Source: Planctomycetota bacterium
GTDB lineage: Bacteria > Planctomycetota > UBA1135 > UBA2386
NCBI GenBank assembly: GCA_046290465.1
Contig: JBKAGP010000001.1
Location: forward strand, 1,024,001 to 1,088,000
DNA length: 64,000 nt
Direction: 5' to 3'
Shown here one piece after another: positions 1 to 9,805 of the stretch (the stretch's first letter is position 1; each line of letters begins with the position of its first letter). A program made the translations under genes and the position numbers. Under the pieces are notes generated by a model. It was not told the DNA's origin. It saw only the letters and a program-made list of their open reading frames with translations, and did not search any database.

Positions 1-1479
1 CTGGCGCGGCTGCAGCATCCGGGCATCGTCACCGTGCACGACTACGGCCAGGTCGGCGAGCTCGCGTGGCTGGTGATGGAGCTGGTCGAGGGCACCAACC
101 TGCGCACGCTGCTCGACGAGGGCCACCTGCAGCCGTCCGAGGCGCTGGCGATCGTGCCGCCGGTCTGCGAAGCGCTGCAGTACGCGCACGACCGCGGCAT
201 CGTGCACCGCGACGTCAAGCCCGAGAACGTGCTGCTGGACCTCGACGGCCGCGTCAAGCTGGTCGACTTCGGCCTGGCCAAGCTGACCGCCAACGACCCG
301 CACAACCTGACCCGTAGCGACCAGGCGATGGGCACGCCGCGCTACATGGCGCCCGAGCAGCTCGAACGGCCGCTCGAGGTCGACCACCGCGCCGACATCT
401 TCTCGCTCGGGGTCGTGCTCTACGAGATGTTGACCGGCCAGGTGCCGGCCGGCGTCGTCGAGCCACCGTCGCGCAAGGTCGGCAGCGATGTCCGCCTCGA
501 CCAGGTCGTGATGCGGGCGCTGCAGCGCGAACCGGCGCAGCGCTACCAGAGCGCCGCGGAGCTCGAGACCGGGGTCCGACAGATCGAGCCGCGCGCCGCG
601 GCCGGGCCGGCCGGGCCGCGACCGCGCGAGGCCGCTGCCGAGGGCAGCCTGACGGCCAACGGCTGGACGTTCGCCGACCTGGTCGCCGTGCTGGTGCTGC
701 CGGTGACGCTGTTCCTGGTGGCGGCGCTGCAGCCGCGCTACCGCAGCGTCGCCGAGTCCGCAGAGGGCTGGAGCCTGCTGCTGCCGTGGGTGTTCGTCGG
801 CGCGTTCTGGCTGACGCTGCCGTTCACGAGCACGCTGCACTGGCTGTTCGGCCGGCGCCGCACCGTGGCGCTGTCGATGCCGATGGTGCGGGTCGCGGTC
901 ACCGTGCTCGGCACCTGCCTGATGCTGCTGGTCTACGCGTGGACGCGGCAGCGTCAGGGCCTGCCGGCGGCATCGACCGAGAACGGCCACACGATGATCA
1001 CGATGCTGCGCCTGGTGCTGCTGCCTACGATGACGGTCGCGGCGATCGCCGGCGCCTGGAGCCGCCGCGGCGCCCACCGGGTGCTGCTCGCGCCGCCGAC
1101 CGCGGCGCTGCTGACGCTGTGCGCGGGCGCGCTGGCGGCGATCCCGGCGTGCATCGGCCTGGCCGCGTCGCTGAGCACCGCGATCGACCTGGTCTCGCTG
1201 TCGGCCGTGCACTCCCGCAGCCTGCCGATGATGGCGCAGGTGCCGGCGATCCTCGGCGGCCTCAGCGCACTGCACCTGCACCGCCAGGGTCACCGCCGCG
1301 CCGCGACGCTGGCGCTGACGGCCGGCGTCGTGGTCACCGCGGTCGTGCACGTGCTCGCCCAGCTCTCCTACGGCGAATGGACGCTGGCGGCCTACGGCGG
1401 CCTGTTGTTCGCGTCGCTGCTCGGCCTGGTGGCGCTCGCCGGCACGGCGGCGCCGATCGCGCGCGACGCCGACGGCTAG
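1..1479 (+). CDS. Hanks-type Ser/Thr protein kinase with C-terminal multi-TM region (5' end outside window)
   Basis: Frame open from base 1 (LARLQHPGIV...). Motifs HRDVKPEN, DFGLA, GTPRYMAPE and DIFSLG, followed by several hydrophobic helices. TAG stop at 1477-1479. Confidence 0.93.
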   Translation: MARLQHPGIVTVHDYGQVGELAWLVMELVEGTNLRTLLDEGHLQPSEALAIVPPVCEALQYAHDRGIVHRDVKPENVLLDLDGRVKLVDFGLAKLTANDPHNLTRSDQAMGTPRYMAPEQLERPLEVDHRADIFSLGVVLYEMLTGQVPAGVVEPPSRKVGSDVRLDQVVMRALQREPAQRYQSAAELETGVRQIEPRAAAGPAGPRPREAAAEGSLTANGWTFADLVAVLVLPVTLFLVAALQPRYRSVAESAEGWSLLLPWVFVGAFWLTLPFTSTLHWLFGRRRTVALSMPMVRVAVTVLGTCLMLLVYAWTRQRQGLPAASTENGHTMITMLRLVLLPTMTVAAIAGAWSRRGAHRVLLAPPTAALLTLCAGALAAIPACIGLAASLSTAIDLVSLSAVHSRSLPMMAQVPAILGGLSALHLHRQGHRRAATLALTAGVVVTAVVHVLAQLSYGEWTLAAYGGLLFASLLGLVALAGTAAPIARDADG

Positions 1480-1544
1480 GAGCGCGTCCATGTGGTGGAC
1501 GCGCTGCCAACCGTGATCACGGAAGCGGCGTGTACGCGTGCTAG
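1476..1544 (+). repeat. REP/MITE-like repeat copy 1 (short 69-bp form)
   Basis: CTAGGAGCGCGTCCA-TGTGG-TGGACGCGCTGCCAACCGTGATCACGGAAGCGGCGTGTACGCGTG-CTAG. Matches the copies at 18945, 34708 and 55399. Confidence 0.92.
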
Positions 1545-2716
1545 CGGAAGCCGTCGCCGGCCAGGATCGGCTCGCGCCGCGCGCCGATGTTGACGCAGAT
1601 CGCCAGCGCCAGCAGCATCGCCATCGTCGAACTGCCGCCGTAGCTGATCAGCGGCATCGGCAGGCCGGTGCTGGGCACCAGCCAGCCGCAGACCGCGACG
1701 TGGAACAGGCTCTGGGCGCCGAACCACGCGGCGACGCCGACACAGACCAGCTTGCCGAACCGTTCGCGGGTGCGCATCGCGATCGACAGCAGGCCGTAGA
1801 CCAGCGCCGCGACCAGCGACAGCACCAGCAGCACGCCGAGGAAGCCGCCTTCCTCGCCGACCACCGCGAACACGTAGTCCTCGCTGCGGTACGGCAGGAA
1901 GTCGTAGCGGTTCTGCGGCCCCTGGCCGAGGCCGAAGCCCCCGAAGCCGCCGGCCCCCATCGCGATCAGCGCCTGCCACGGCTGGTAGCCGGCGTCGCGC
2001 AGCACGTTGCGCACCTCGTGTGTGTGCAGGTTGCTGTCGTTCCAACCCCAGTGCTGGATCCAGACGTCGATGCGCTCGCGCTGGTACTCGTGCATCAGTT
2101 CGAAGTAGGCGACCACCAGCACCAGCGCCGAGATGCCCATCAACAGCAGGATGCTGCGCGCCGGCGCGCCGGCGGCGAAGCACATCGCCAGCAGCACCAC
2201 GCCGAACACGATCGAGCTGCCGAGGTCCGGCTGCTTGAGGATCAACAGCGCCGGCACCGCCGCCACCAGCATCGGCACCAGCAGCCCGTCGAACGTCCTG
2301 GCGCGGCTCTTGAAGCGCAGCATCGCGGCCAGCGCCAGCACCACCGCGATCTTGGCGAACTCGCTCGGCTGGATCGAGAAGCCGGGGAACGCATACCACC
2401 GCCGCGCGCCGTTGATCTCCGGCGCGAAGAACGGCAGCCCCACTAGCGCCAGCACCGCCGCTCCGTAGAGCACCCACGCGCCGCGCAGGATGTGCACGTA
2501 GTGTGGCAGGATCACGAAGCAGCCGACCCCAAGGCCGACCGCGACGAACAGCGCCTGGCGGCCCTGCTGGGCGCCGAACACGGCGTCGTCGGCGGTCGCC
2601 GAGCCGATGAACACCAGCCCGGTCAGGCACAGCGCCAGCACGGTCAGCACCAGCCAGCCGTCGATGTTCTGCAGCAGGCGGCGGCGCCGTTCGGAAGCAT
2701 CCGAGAACGTGCTCAT
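1541..2716 (-). CDS. rodA: Rod shape-determining protein RodA (SEDS family)
   Basis: GARRW, IQPSEFAK, KQPDLG, GYQ..QALIAMG.GG, P.TGLPMPLISYGGSS. ATG at 2716 overlaps the mrdA stop. Confidence 0.95.
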   Translation of the reverse strand: MSTFSDASERRRRLLQNIDGWLVLTVLALCLTGLVFIGSATADDAVFGAQQGRQALFVAVGLGVGCFVILPHYVHILRGAWVLYGAAVLALVGLPFFAPEINGARRWYAFPGFSIQPSEFAKIAVVLALAAMLRFKSRARTFDGLLVPMLVAAVPALLILKQPDLGSSIVFGVVLLAMCFAAGAPARSILLLMGISALVLVVAYFELMHEYQRERIDVWIQHWGWNDSNLHTHEVRNVLRDAGYQPWQALIAMGAGGFGGFGLGQGPQNRYDFLPYRSEDYVFAVVGEEGGFLGVLLVLSLVAALVYGLLSIAMRTRERFGKLVCVGVAAWFGAQSLFHVAVCGWLVPSTGLPMPLISYGGSSTMAMLLALAICVNIGARREPILAGDGFR

Positions 2717-5097
2717 CGCGGCAGGTACCTCCACTTCAGTTCGGCGTCGCGCGCGACCTCGGCGAACAGGCCCTCGAGCATCTCGCCAGCGGCGCCGGCA
2801 CCGTGGGTCTGGTCCGGCACGTAGTAGACGACGCCGCAGAACGCCAGCTGGTGGCCGCCGGCCGACGGCGCAGGCAGGTAGCCGGCGAACCACGCGTTGT
2901 TGTCGCCGTCGTTGCTGCGCTCGGCGGTGCCGGTCTTGCCGCGCGCGCCGAGGCTCTGCAGCAGATCGAGTTCCTTGCCGGTACCGCGCACCAGCACGTC
3001 CTGCAGGCCGGTGCGCACCAGCTGCATGGTCTGCTCCGAGATCGCCGGCGTGATCCGGTCGCGCTGCTCGCCGGCGCGCAGGCCGAGCGTCGGCAGCGCG
3101 CCGGTCGCAAGCGCGGCATCGGCGCGCGCCACGATCAGCGGCGAGGCCTGCATGCCGTAGCCGATCGCCTGGCTCGGCAGGATCCGATCGCCGTCGAGGT
3201 TGGAGTGCGCAACCGAGATGCCGGGGACCTGGCCCTGCCAGCACGGCTGCCACTTCGGCGCGGTCTCGGTGGGATCGAGCAGCCCGAAGCGATGGTAGGC
3301 GCGCTGCACGCCCTCGACGCCGATGCCGACCCCGACCTGGTAGAAGAAGCAGTTGCACGACTTGGCCAGCGCGTGCCGCGGGTGCTGGCCCTCGCCCCAG
3401 TGCGCACCGTCGCAGCGCAGCCGGTGGCCCTGGTAGACGAACCGGCCGCTGCACATCTCGATGTCCTTGGGCGCGATGTGGGGCCGGCCGAGCCGCAGGC
3501 TCTCGAGGTGTTCGGCCAGGATGAACGGCTTGGCGACCGAGCCGATCGAGCCGTTGCCGACCCACATCACGCCCGGCACGTGGCGCGCGTTGTCGGTCTC
3601 GATCGGCGCGCCGGCGCACGCCAGCACGTCCCCGGTGAGGGCGTCGATGATCGCGATCGCCGCCTCGACGCGCCGCGCCTTGTCCGGGTCATCGTGGCGC
3701 GAACGGTAGAGCTGCCAGTTGGCCTCGACGGCGCGTTCGGCGATCGCCTGCAGCCGCGAGTCGATCGTGATGCGCACGTCGTCGCCGGACTCGACCTGCA
3801 GGTGGCTCCACAGCGCGTGCTCGCGCCGGTTGCCGTCGTGCTCGACGAAGCGCATGCCGAGCTGCCCCATCAGGGCGTCGTTGAACCAGGCTTCGAAGCC
3901 GGTGACCCCGCGCCGTTCGCGCGTCATCAGCTCGCGCTCGTAGCGGCGCCGCGCCTCTTCGATCATCAGCAGGCGGGTCTCGTCGGCGACCAGCCCCTCG
4001 GGCACCAGCTGCCTGGCCCAGCTCGCCGGCATCTGCTCGTCCATGTAGGTCTGCACCCACGTCGGCGGCTTCTGCCCGGTCAGCAGCACGCGCATGCGGT
4101 TGCGTTCGGCGACCGTGCGGTCGAGCCAGTTGACGCGGCCGACCAGCGCGTCGTAGGCGGTCTTCGGCGCCAGCGTCGAGACCCGTCGCACCGACGGGGC
4201 CACCGCGATGCCGGCGTAGCGCCGGTCCTCGACGCGCAGCACCGCGGCGATGTCGAACGACACCTCGTCGGCGAGCGGCGTGCGCAGCTCCTCGACGTAG
4301 CTGCCCTTGCGCTCGACGCCCTGATCGTCCAGCCACGAGACCTGCTCCTTGTTGAGGCTGGCCACGCACAGCTCGTCGAGCTTCTGCAGCAGTGTCGGGA
4401 TCGCCTCGGTCTGCAGGCCGCGACGATCGGCGTAGTCGACCTGCTGCGCGTAGAGCTTGTCGCTGAGGTCCCGCAGGTCTTGGAGCCGGCGGTCGAAGCG
4501 CAGCAGCAGCTGCTCGCGCGGCACGTCGAGCACGTCGCCGATGCCGAGCCGGCGGCCGCTCTGCGCGCCCTCGCGCATGGCCCGGTAGGCGTCGCGGCGC
4601 GACAGGTCGCCGACCAGCGACAGCACCGTGGTCGCGTAGGTCGCCAGCTGCGAGGTGACGTCCTTGGGCAGCACGCCGGGCTCGATCGCGCGCACCGGCA
4701 TCGAGAACAGGTCGCGCACCGCCTCGCGCGGCCCGTTGTCGCGGTCGTAGCCGTAGCGCTGGAACTCCATGCCCGGCTCGAGCCGCAGGCACACGGTGCC
4801 GCCGTGCACCGCCGCACCGATGCAGTTGCGCAGGCGGAAGCGCAGGTAGTGCACCGACACCCGCGTGGTCGGCTCGTCGTAGGCGAGCACCGCGCCGTGG
4901 CGGTCGAGCAGCCGGCCGCGCAGGCTCGGCACCGAACGGAACGCCCAGCGGTTCTCGTAGCTGCGCCGCGCCCAGACCTCCTGGTCGCGCACCATCAACA
5001 GCCACAGGTGCACCAGCACGACGCCGAGCGCCGCGGCGAACACGCCGGCGAGCACCCCGATGCGGGTGCCGGTGGTCGCACGCTGGGACTCGCTCAC
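2713..5097 (-). CDS. mrdA: Class B penicillin-binding protein (PBP2/MrdA-like)
   Basis: N-terminal TM, RG.LLDRHG, G.TGFE. Transpeptidase motifs SVAK, SCN and KTGT are intact. GTG start overlaps the mreD stop. Confidence 0.9.
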   Translation of the reverse strand: MSESQRATTGTRIGVLAGVFAAALGVVLVHLWLLMVRDQEVWARRSYENRWAFRSVPSLRGRLLDRHGAVLAYDEPTTRVSVHYLRFRLRNCIGAAVHGGTVCLRLEPGMEFQRYGYDRDNGPREAVRDLFSMPVRAIEPGVLPKDVTSQLATYATTVLSLVGDLSRRDAYRAMREGAQSGRRLGIGDVLDVPREQLLLRFDRRLQDLRDLSDKLYAQQVDYADRRGLQTEAIPTLLQKLDELCVASLNKEQVSWLDDQGVERKGSYVEELRTPLADEVSFDIAAVLRVEDRRYAGIAVAPSVRRVSTLAPKTAYDALVGRVNWLDRTVAERNRMRVLLTGQKPPTWVQTYMDEQMPASWARQLVPEGLVADETRLLMIEEARRRYERELMTRERRGVTGFEAWFNDALMGQLGMRFVEHDGNRREHALWSHLQVESGDDVRITIDSRLQAIAERAVEANWQLYRSRHDDPDKARRVEAAIAIIDALTGDVLACAGAPIETDNARHVPGVMWVGNGSIGSVAKPFILAEHLESLRLGRPHIAPKDIEMCSGRFVYQGHRLRCDGAHWGEGQHPRHALAKSCNCFFYQVGVGIGVEGVQRAYHRFGLLDPTETAPKWQPCWQGQVPGISVAHSNLDGDRILPSQAIGYGMQASPLIVARADAALATGALPTLGLRAGEQRDRITPAISEQTMQLVRTGLQDVLVRGTGKELDLLQSLGARGKTGTAERSNDGDNNAWFAGYLPAPSAGGHQLAFCGVVYYVPDQTHGAGAAGEMLEGLFAEVARDAELKWRYLPR

Positions 5098-5594
5098 GAC
5101 GGACCTCCCGGCAGCAGCTCGCCCGGTTCGGTGAACGCGCGGAACGGCGGCAGCAGGCGCACGGCCAGCAGCACCGGCGGCAGCAGCAGCGCCGCCCAGA
5201 CCACCTGCCAGCCGTCCAGCGTGGCGCTGGCCGACGGCTGGTCGAACAGGTGGCCACACAGCCGCGACAGCTGCGGGATCAGAATCGCCAGCAGCGCCGC
5301 CGCGACCGCCTGCCACAGCCAGCGCTGCGCGACGAACAGCGCGCGCAACGGCAGGAACGCGGCGACCGGTACGCCGACCACGAGCAGGTGCACCGGCAGC
5401 GACGCCTGGTCGACCAGGGCGCGGCCGATCGCCACGCCGAGCAGCAGGAACGGCAGCGTCGAGACCTGCGCGAACCACGCCAGGAACAGCGCCGACAGCA
5501 CCGCCATGTCGAGCGTCGGCAGCCCGAGGTCGCGCAGATAGCCGACCAGCAGGAAGCCCTGCGGCACGATCAGGAACCACCACAACCAGCGCAT
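5094..5594 (-). CDS. mreD: MreD-like integral membrane protein
   Basis: 166-aa very hydrophobic ORF (MRWLWWFLIVPQG...) lying between the mreC-like gene and mrdA. Assigned mainly by synteny. Confidence 0.72.
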   Translation of the reverse strand: MRWLWWFLIVPQGFLLVGYLRDLGLPTLDMAVLSALFLAWFAQVSTLPFLLLGVAIGRALVDQASLPVHLLVVGVPVAAFLPLRALFVAQRWLWQAVAAALLAILIPQLSRLCGHLFDQPSASATLDGWQVVWAALLLPPVLLAVRLLPPFRAFTEPGELLPGGPS

Positions 5595-6973
5595 CAGCGC
5601 GGCTCCTCCCCGACCAGCACCTCGGCGGCGCGCGGCCCGGTCTCGCCCGGCACGTGCACCTCCAGCAGGTTGCGGTCGAAGCGGTCGGGCGTGGCGCGGC
5701 CGATCCACAGGCCGGCCGGGCAGAAGCGGCCGTTGCTGCCGGTGAACAGGAAGCCCGGCGTCAGCCGCAGCAGTTCCTTGCGCTTGGGCCCCTGCCAGCG
5801 GATCCACGCGGCATTGCCGTCGCTGCGCTCGACGCGGCCGCTCAGCTCGATCGGCTCGCCGTCGTCGCCGTCCGGCAGGAACAGCAGGCTCCAGCGCTGC
5901 CGGGACGCGACGAACGAGGTCACCAGGCCGCTGCCGAAGCAGAGCCCGCGGGCGGTGCCGACGAACAGCCCGTCCTGCACCACCGCCGCACCGTCGGGCA
6001 CGTCGCGCGGCGCGACCAGCAGGTGGCGGCCGTGGTGCGCCCCCGGCAGGTCGTAGACGACCGCGGCGACGCGACGGTAGGCCCGCAGCGGTGAGGCCGG
6101 CGACCGGCGGGCGCGGCCGGGCTTGCGCCAGACGACCACGTGCGAGAGCGCGCTCGGCTCGAAGGCCGGCTCGACGTAGACGCCGATCGTCAGCACGTCG
6201 TCGGACTCGCGGTCGTCGTAACCCCACACCCGCGCCCAGCCGAGCGACAGCCCCGGCGGCACCTCGTAGCGCTTCTGTCCGAACGGCAGCTCGCGCGTGC
6301 GCACCTGCAGGCCGACCTCGTCGAGGCGGGCCGCGCGATACGGGTCGTCCCACATGTCGACGCGCAGCGGCGCGGGATCGGCCCTTGAGCCGGGACGCAC
6401 CACGAACCGCAGCGGCGGCGCCTGCATCAGCCCGTCGCCGACCAGGTCGATGCCGGCATATAGCCGCGGCGCGTCGCGGTGGTTGCACAGCATCACGCGC
6501 GCCGGGTCGTCGGCTCGGTCGTCGACGGCCCGGCCCATGCCGCGCGTCATCAGGAAGCCGATCAGCTGGTCGCCCTTGGTGACGATCACCTCGCACCCCT
6601 CGAGCTCGGCGTAGCTGTGGTCGAGCAGCAGCTCGCTGAGGCGGCCACCACCGCCGCGGCGCGAGGCCGACAGCACGCCGCACAGCACCTTCTCCGAGCC
6701 GATCGGCATCAGCATGCCCTCGGCGGCGAAGTCGTGCCGTTCGACCCGTTGGCGAAGGTCCTGGCCGAGCTGATCGATGCGCGCGAGCGAGTCCCGGTCG
6801 GCGGCCGCCGCCGGCTGGCCGAACCACAGCGAAGCCATGCGCGGCACCGCGGTCGCCGAGCCGACCAGCCAGCGTTCGAGCGGCGCGAACACCGCGGGCA
6901 GCGTCAACCACGCCAGCGCGAACAGCAGCATGGCGTAGAGACCCACCGGGAACGCAGCCGACTTCTTCACCAT
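5594..6973 (-). CDS. mreC: Divergent MreC-like protein
   Basis: N-terminal TM, short coiled coil, beta-rich body ending FTGS.G...PAGLWIG (MreC-like tail). Directly downstream of mreB. Confidence 0.65.
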   Translation of the reverse strand: MVKKSAAFPVGLYAMLLFALAWLTLPAVFAPLERWLVGSATAVPRMASLWFGQPAAAADRDSLARIDQLGQDLRQRVERHDFAAEGMLMPIGSEKVLCGVLSASRRGGGGRLSELLLDHSYAELEGCEVIVTKGDQLIGFLMTRGMGRAVDDRADDPARVMLCNHRDAPRLYAGIDLVGDGLMQAPPLRFVVRPGSRADPAPLRVDMWDDPYRAARLDEVGLQVRTRELPFGQKRYEVPPGLSLGWARVWGYDDRESDDVLTIGVYVEPAFEPSALSHVVVWRKPGRARRSPASPLRAYRRVAAVVYDLPGAHHGRHLLVAPRDVPDGAAVVQDGLFVGTARGLCFGSGLVTSFVASRQRWSLLFLPDGDDGEPIELSGRVERSDGNAAWIRWQGPKRKELLRLTPGFLFTGSNGRFCPAGLWIGRATPDRFDRNLLEVHVPGETGPRAAEVLVGEEPR

Positions 6974-7087
6974 CGACGAACCAGGATCACCCCCACATGG
7001 AGACCGGACGGCTGCATACGAACGCGACGTGCCGCGCGCGAGCTGCCGTCCACGAAACCGCGCCCGGCGCGGTCGCCGCGGCGCGCG

Positions 7088-8146
7088 CTAGCCGAGGTCT
7101 TCGCCGCCCTCGAGGAACTGCGAGTACAGCTCGAGGTTCTCGAGGAAGATGCCGGTGCCGCGCGCGACCGCTTCGAGCGGGCGCTCGGCGACGCGCACGT
7201 CGAGCTCGGTCTCCTTGGCGATCAGCTCGGGCAGGCCGCGCAGCAGCGAGCCGCCGCCGCACAGGGTGATGCCGGAGTTGATCAGGTCGGCGGCGAGCTC
7301 GGGCGGGGTGCGCTCGAGCACCGCCTTGATCGCGCCGATGATCTTGCGCACCGGCTCCTGCAGCGCCTCGCGCACGTCCTCGGAGCTGATCACGGCGCGC
7401 CGCGGCAGGTTGACCAGCGAGTCGCGGCCGCGCACCTCGACCTGGATCTCCTCCTCGAGCGGGATGCAGCTGCCGGCGGCGATCTTCAGCCGTTCGGCGG
7501 TGATCTCGCCGATCAGCAGGTTGTACTTGCCGCGGATGTACTGCGTGATCGCTTCGTTGAAGTCGTCACCGGCGACGCGCAGGCACTCGGCCATCACGAC
7601 GTTGGCTAGCGAGATGACCGCGACCTCGCAGGTGCCGCCGCCGATGTCGACGATCATCGTGCCGTGCGGCTCGTGCACCGGCAGGCCGGCACCGATCGCT
7701 GCCGCGGTCGGCTCGTCGACCAGGAAGACGCGGCGCGCGCCGGCCCGCTCGGCACTGCCGATGACGGCGCGCTTCTCGACCATCGTGATGCCCCACGGGA
7801 CCGCGATGACCAGCCGCGGCTTGACCAGGCGGTTGGCGCCGGTGGCCTTCTTGATGAAGTACCGGAGCATCTTCTCGGTGACCTCGAAGTCGGCGATGAC
7901 CCCGCTCTTCATCGGGCGCACCGCCTGGAAGCCGGGCGGCGTGCGGCCGAGATACTCGAGCGCCGCGTCGCCGACGGCCATGCCGTCGAGCAGCACCTCG
8001 GTCGAGCCCTTGCGGACCGCGACGACGGACGGTTCGTCGAGAACGACTCCCTTGTCGCGGACGAACACCAGCGTGTTGGCGGTTCCCAGATCGATCCCCA
8101 GATCGACCGAGAAGCCGCGCAGCAGCCACTCGAACGGTTTCAGCAT
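7088..8146 (-). CDS. mreB: Rod shape-determining protein MreB
   Basis: DLGIDLGTANT, DEP.AAAIGAG, VDIGGGT, LCGGGSLL, PPELAAD. Confidence 0.97.
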   Translation of the reverse strand: MLKPFEWLLRGFSVDLGIDLGTANTLVFVRDKGVVLDEPSVVAVRKGSTEVLLDGMAVGDAALEYLGRTPPGFQAVRPMKSGVIADFEVTEKMLRYFIKKATGANRLVKPRLVIAVPWGITMVEKRAVIGSAERAGARRVFLVDEPTAAAIGAGLPVHEPHGTMIVDIGGGTCEVAVISLANVVMAECLRVAGDDFNEAITQYIRGKYNLLIGEITAERLKIAAGSCIPLEEEIQVEVRGRDSLVNLPRRAVISSEDVREALQEPVRKIIGAIKAVLERTPPELAADLINSGITLCGGGSLLRGLPELIAKETELDVRVAERPLEAVARGTGIFLENLELYSQFLEGGEDLG

Positions 8147-8342
8147 GCGATGCCCCTCAGGGCCTTCCCGATTTGTGGATGGCTCGGGATCCATTGACCT
8201 AGCAGACACGTGCGACCGGGACCAATCGGTGCACTCCGCCCAACGTAGCAGGCGATCCTCCGGTCGCAACGTATTCTTGGCACGGTTCCGTCGCGGAGGA
8301 ACGCGCAGCCTACGCGACCGATGAGCACGGTGCAAAACCGAG

Positions 8343-8377
8343 CGAGCCCGGCTCGCGCAGCGCGCGAACCGGGCTCG
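8343..8377 (-). terminator. GC-rich hairpin downstream of the small membrane protein gene (possible terminator)
   Basis: CGAGCCCGG-C-TCGCGC / GCGCGA-A-CCGGGCTCG stem, with only a short T run beyond it on the minus strand. Confidence 0.4.
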
Positions 8378-8462
8378 TCAGGTTGCCTTCTGTTTGGTGG
8401 CCTGGTCACTCCCATACCGAGCGGGACCGGGCCGAAGGGACGCTTCGATGCAGGCTCGAACC

Positions 8463-8630
8463 TTAGTTGTAAGCCTGACCCGCCATGATCACGCAGGTGA
8501 GCGCGCAGGCGAGGATGAAGAAGGTGAAGAGCACGATGCCTTCGTCGATGCCCATGCCGGGCTTGTCGATGGCTTCGACCTCAGCGGCCGGCGCCTCGGC
8601 GGCGGCGCGACGGTTGTTCTTGCGGGCCAT
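8463..8630 (-). CDS. 55-aa small membrane protein (below ORF-track cutoff)
   Basis: MARKNNRRAAAEAPAAEVEAIDKPGMGIDEGIVLFTFFILACALTCVIMAGQAYN*. AGGAG RBS upstream, one TM helix, GC3-rich codons. Confidence 0.8.
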   Translation of the reverse strand: MARKNNRRAAAEAPAAEVEAIDKPGMGIDEGIVLFTFFILACALTCVIMAGQAYN

Positions 8631-8680
8631 GATTCAGCTCCTGGATTGCTTGGATAGCAGGGAAGGGAACGTCGACCGCC

Positions 8681-9547
8681 TTACGGCTGCGTCGACGCCT
8701 TGTCACCCGTGCGGATCTGGGCGTTGCCGTTCTTGACGCGGACCGTGCAGAGCACGGCGTTGGCGCTCGGCTCGTACTTCGTGGCGATCGCCTCGGCCTT
8801 GTAGCCGTTGGCGTCGTAGATCGCGAAGCTGAACGTGCGACGGTTGATCTGGTCCTGGATGTCGACGTTGCCGGGGTTGTCGGCGATCGAGATCGTGCAC
8901 AGACGGCCCGACGCGTTGGTGACCGTGCCGGCCAGGTTCGGGGCGGCCATCGCTTCCGAGAAGCCACGAACCTTGGCAGCGGCGATCAGGAGGTCCTTCT
9001 CGCTGTTGTCGCGCTCGAGCGAGGCGATCTGCTGGTCCTTGCCGTCGATCGTCTCGTTCAGCGAGGCGATCTCGTTCTTCAGGTTGCGGTTCTCGGCTTC
9101 GGCCGTGTCCTTCGAGCGGACGGCGTCGTCGCGGACCTTCTGGGCTTCGATCGAAGCCTGGTAGGCGGCCTGCGAAGCATCGAACGCGGCCTTGGCCTGC
9201 GTGTTGGCGGCTTCCTGCAGCGAGACGGCCTTCTTGACGTCCACGACCAGCGAACCGTTGGTCTGCTCGAGACGCTTGTTGTCGTCCTGCAGCTTGGCGA
9301 TCGTGTTCTGCGCGGCGGCGAGCTGCGTCTCGAACGACGTCTTGGCGTTCTCCGCGTTGCCGCGCTCCGTCTTCAGATCTTCGATCTGGTTGGTGAACTT
9401 GGTGGTGGCTTCGGCAAGCTCGGTCTCCTTGTCAGCGAGTTGCTGCTTGTAGTTGGCTTGCTTGTTCAACAGCTGCCCACCCATGACGGCGAAGCCGACG
9501 GCGAGAGCGAGGTTGACGACGATGAATACGCGACCGATGGGACTCAT
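8681..9547 (-). CDS. Membrane-anchored coiled-coil protein with C-terminal beta domain
   Basis: N-terminal TM, ~170 aa of heptad-rich sequence, strong codon bias, AGGAG upstream. Confidence 0.85.
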   Translation of the reverse strand: MSPIGRVFIVVNLALAVGFAVMGGQLLNKQANYKQQLADKETELAEATTKFTNQIEDLKTERGNAENAKTSFETQLAAAQNTIAKLQDDNKRLEQTNGSLVVDVKKAVSLQEAANTQAKAAFDASQAAYQASIEAQKVRDDAVRSKDTAEAENRNLKNEIASLNETIDGKDQQIASLERDNSEKDLLIAAAKVRGFSEAMAAPNLAGTVTNASGRLCTISIADNPGNVDIQDQINRRTFSFAIYDANGYKAEAIATKYEPSANAVLCTVRVKNGNAQIRTGDKASTQP

Positions 9548-9745
9548 GATGACCAGATGGCTCCTAACTTGCGTGCTGCGCTGGACTGTCGGGAGAGATC
9601 AGTGCGCAGTTCGGTAACCAGAGGGGATGAAAAGACGCCAAACAGAAAAGGACAAACGGTGGCCGATCGGCACCTCCTTCTTGGCCGGACGACCAGGCAG
9701 GAGAGAACCGCATCCCAGAGCGAGAGGGGCCTTGGGGGCTGCGGA

Positions 9746-9773
9746 ATCCTAACTCCATGCCCGGCACCGTCAA
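9746..9773 (-). promoter_or_regulatory. Putative sigma70 promoter (TTGACG-16 bp-TAGGAT)
   Basis: Near-consensus -35/-10 on the minus strand ~200 nt upstream of the 9547 start. Confidence 0.55.
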
Positions 9774-9805
9774 GAACCACCTGAGCGCTCTCCGGAAGGG
9801 CCGGA

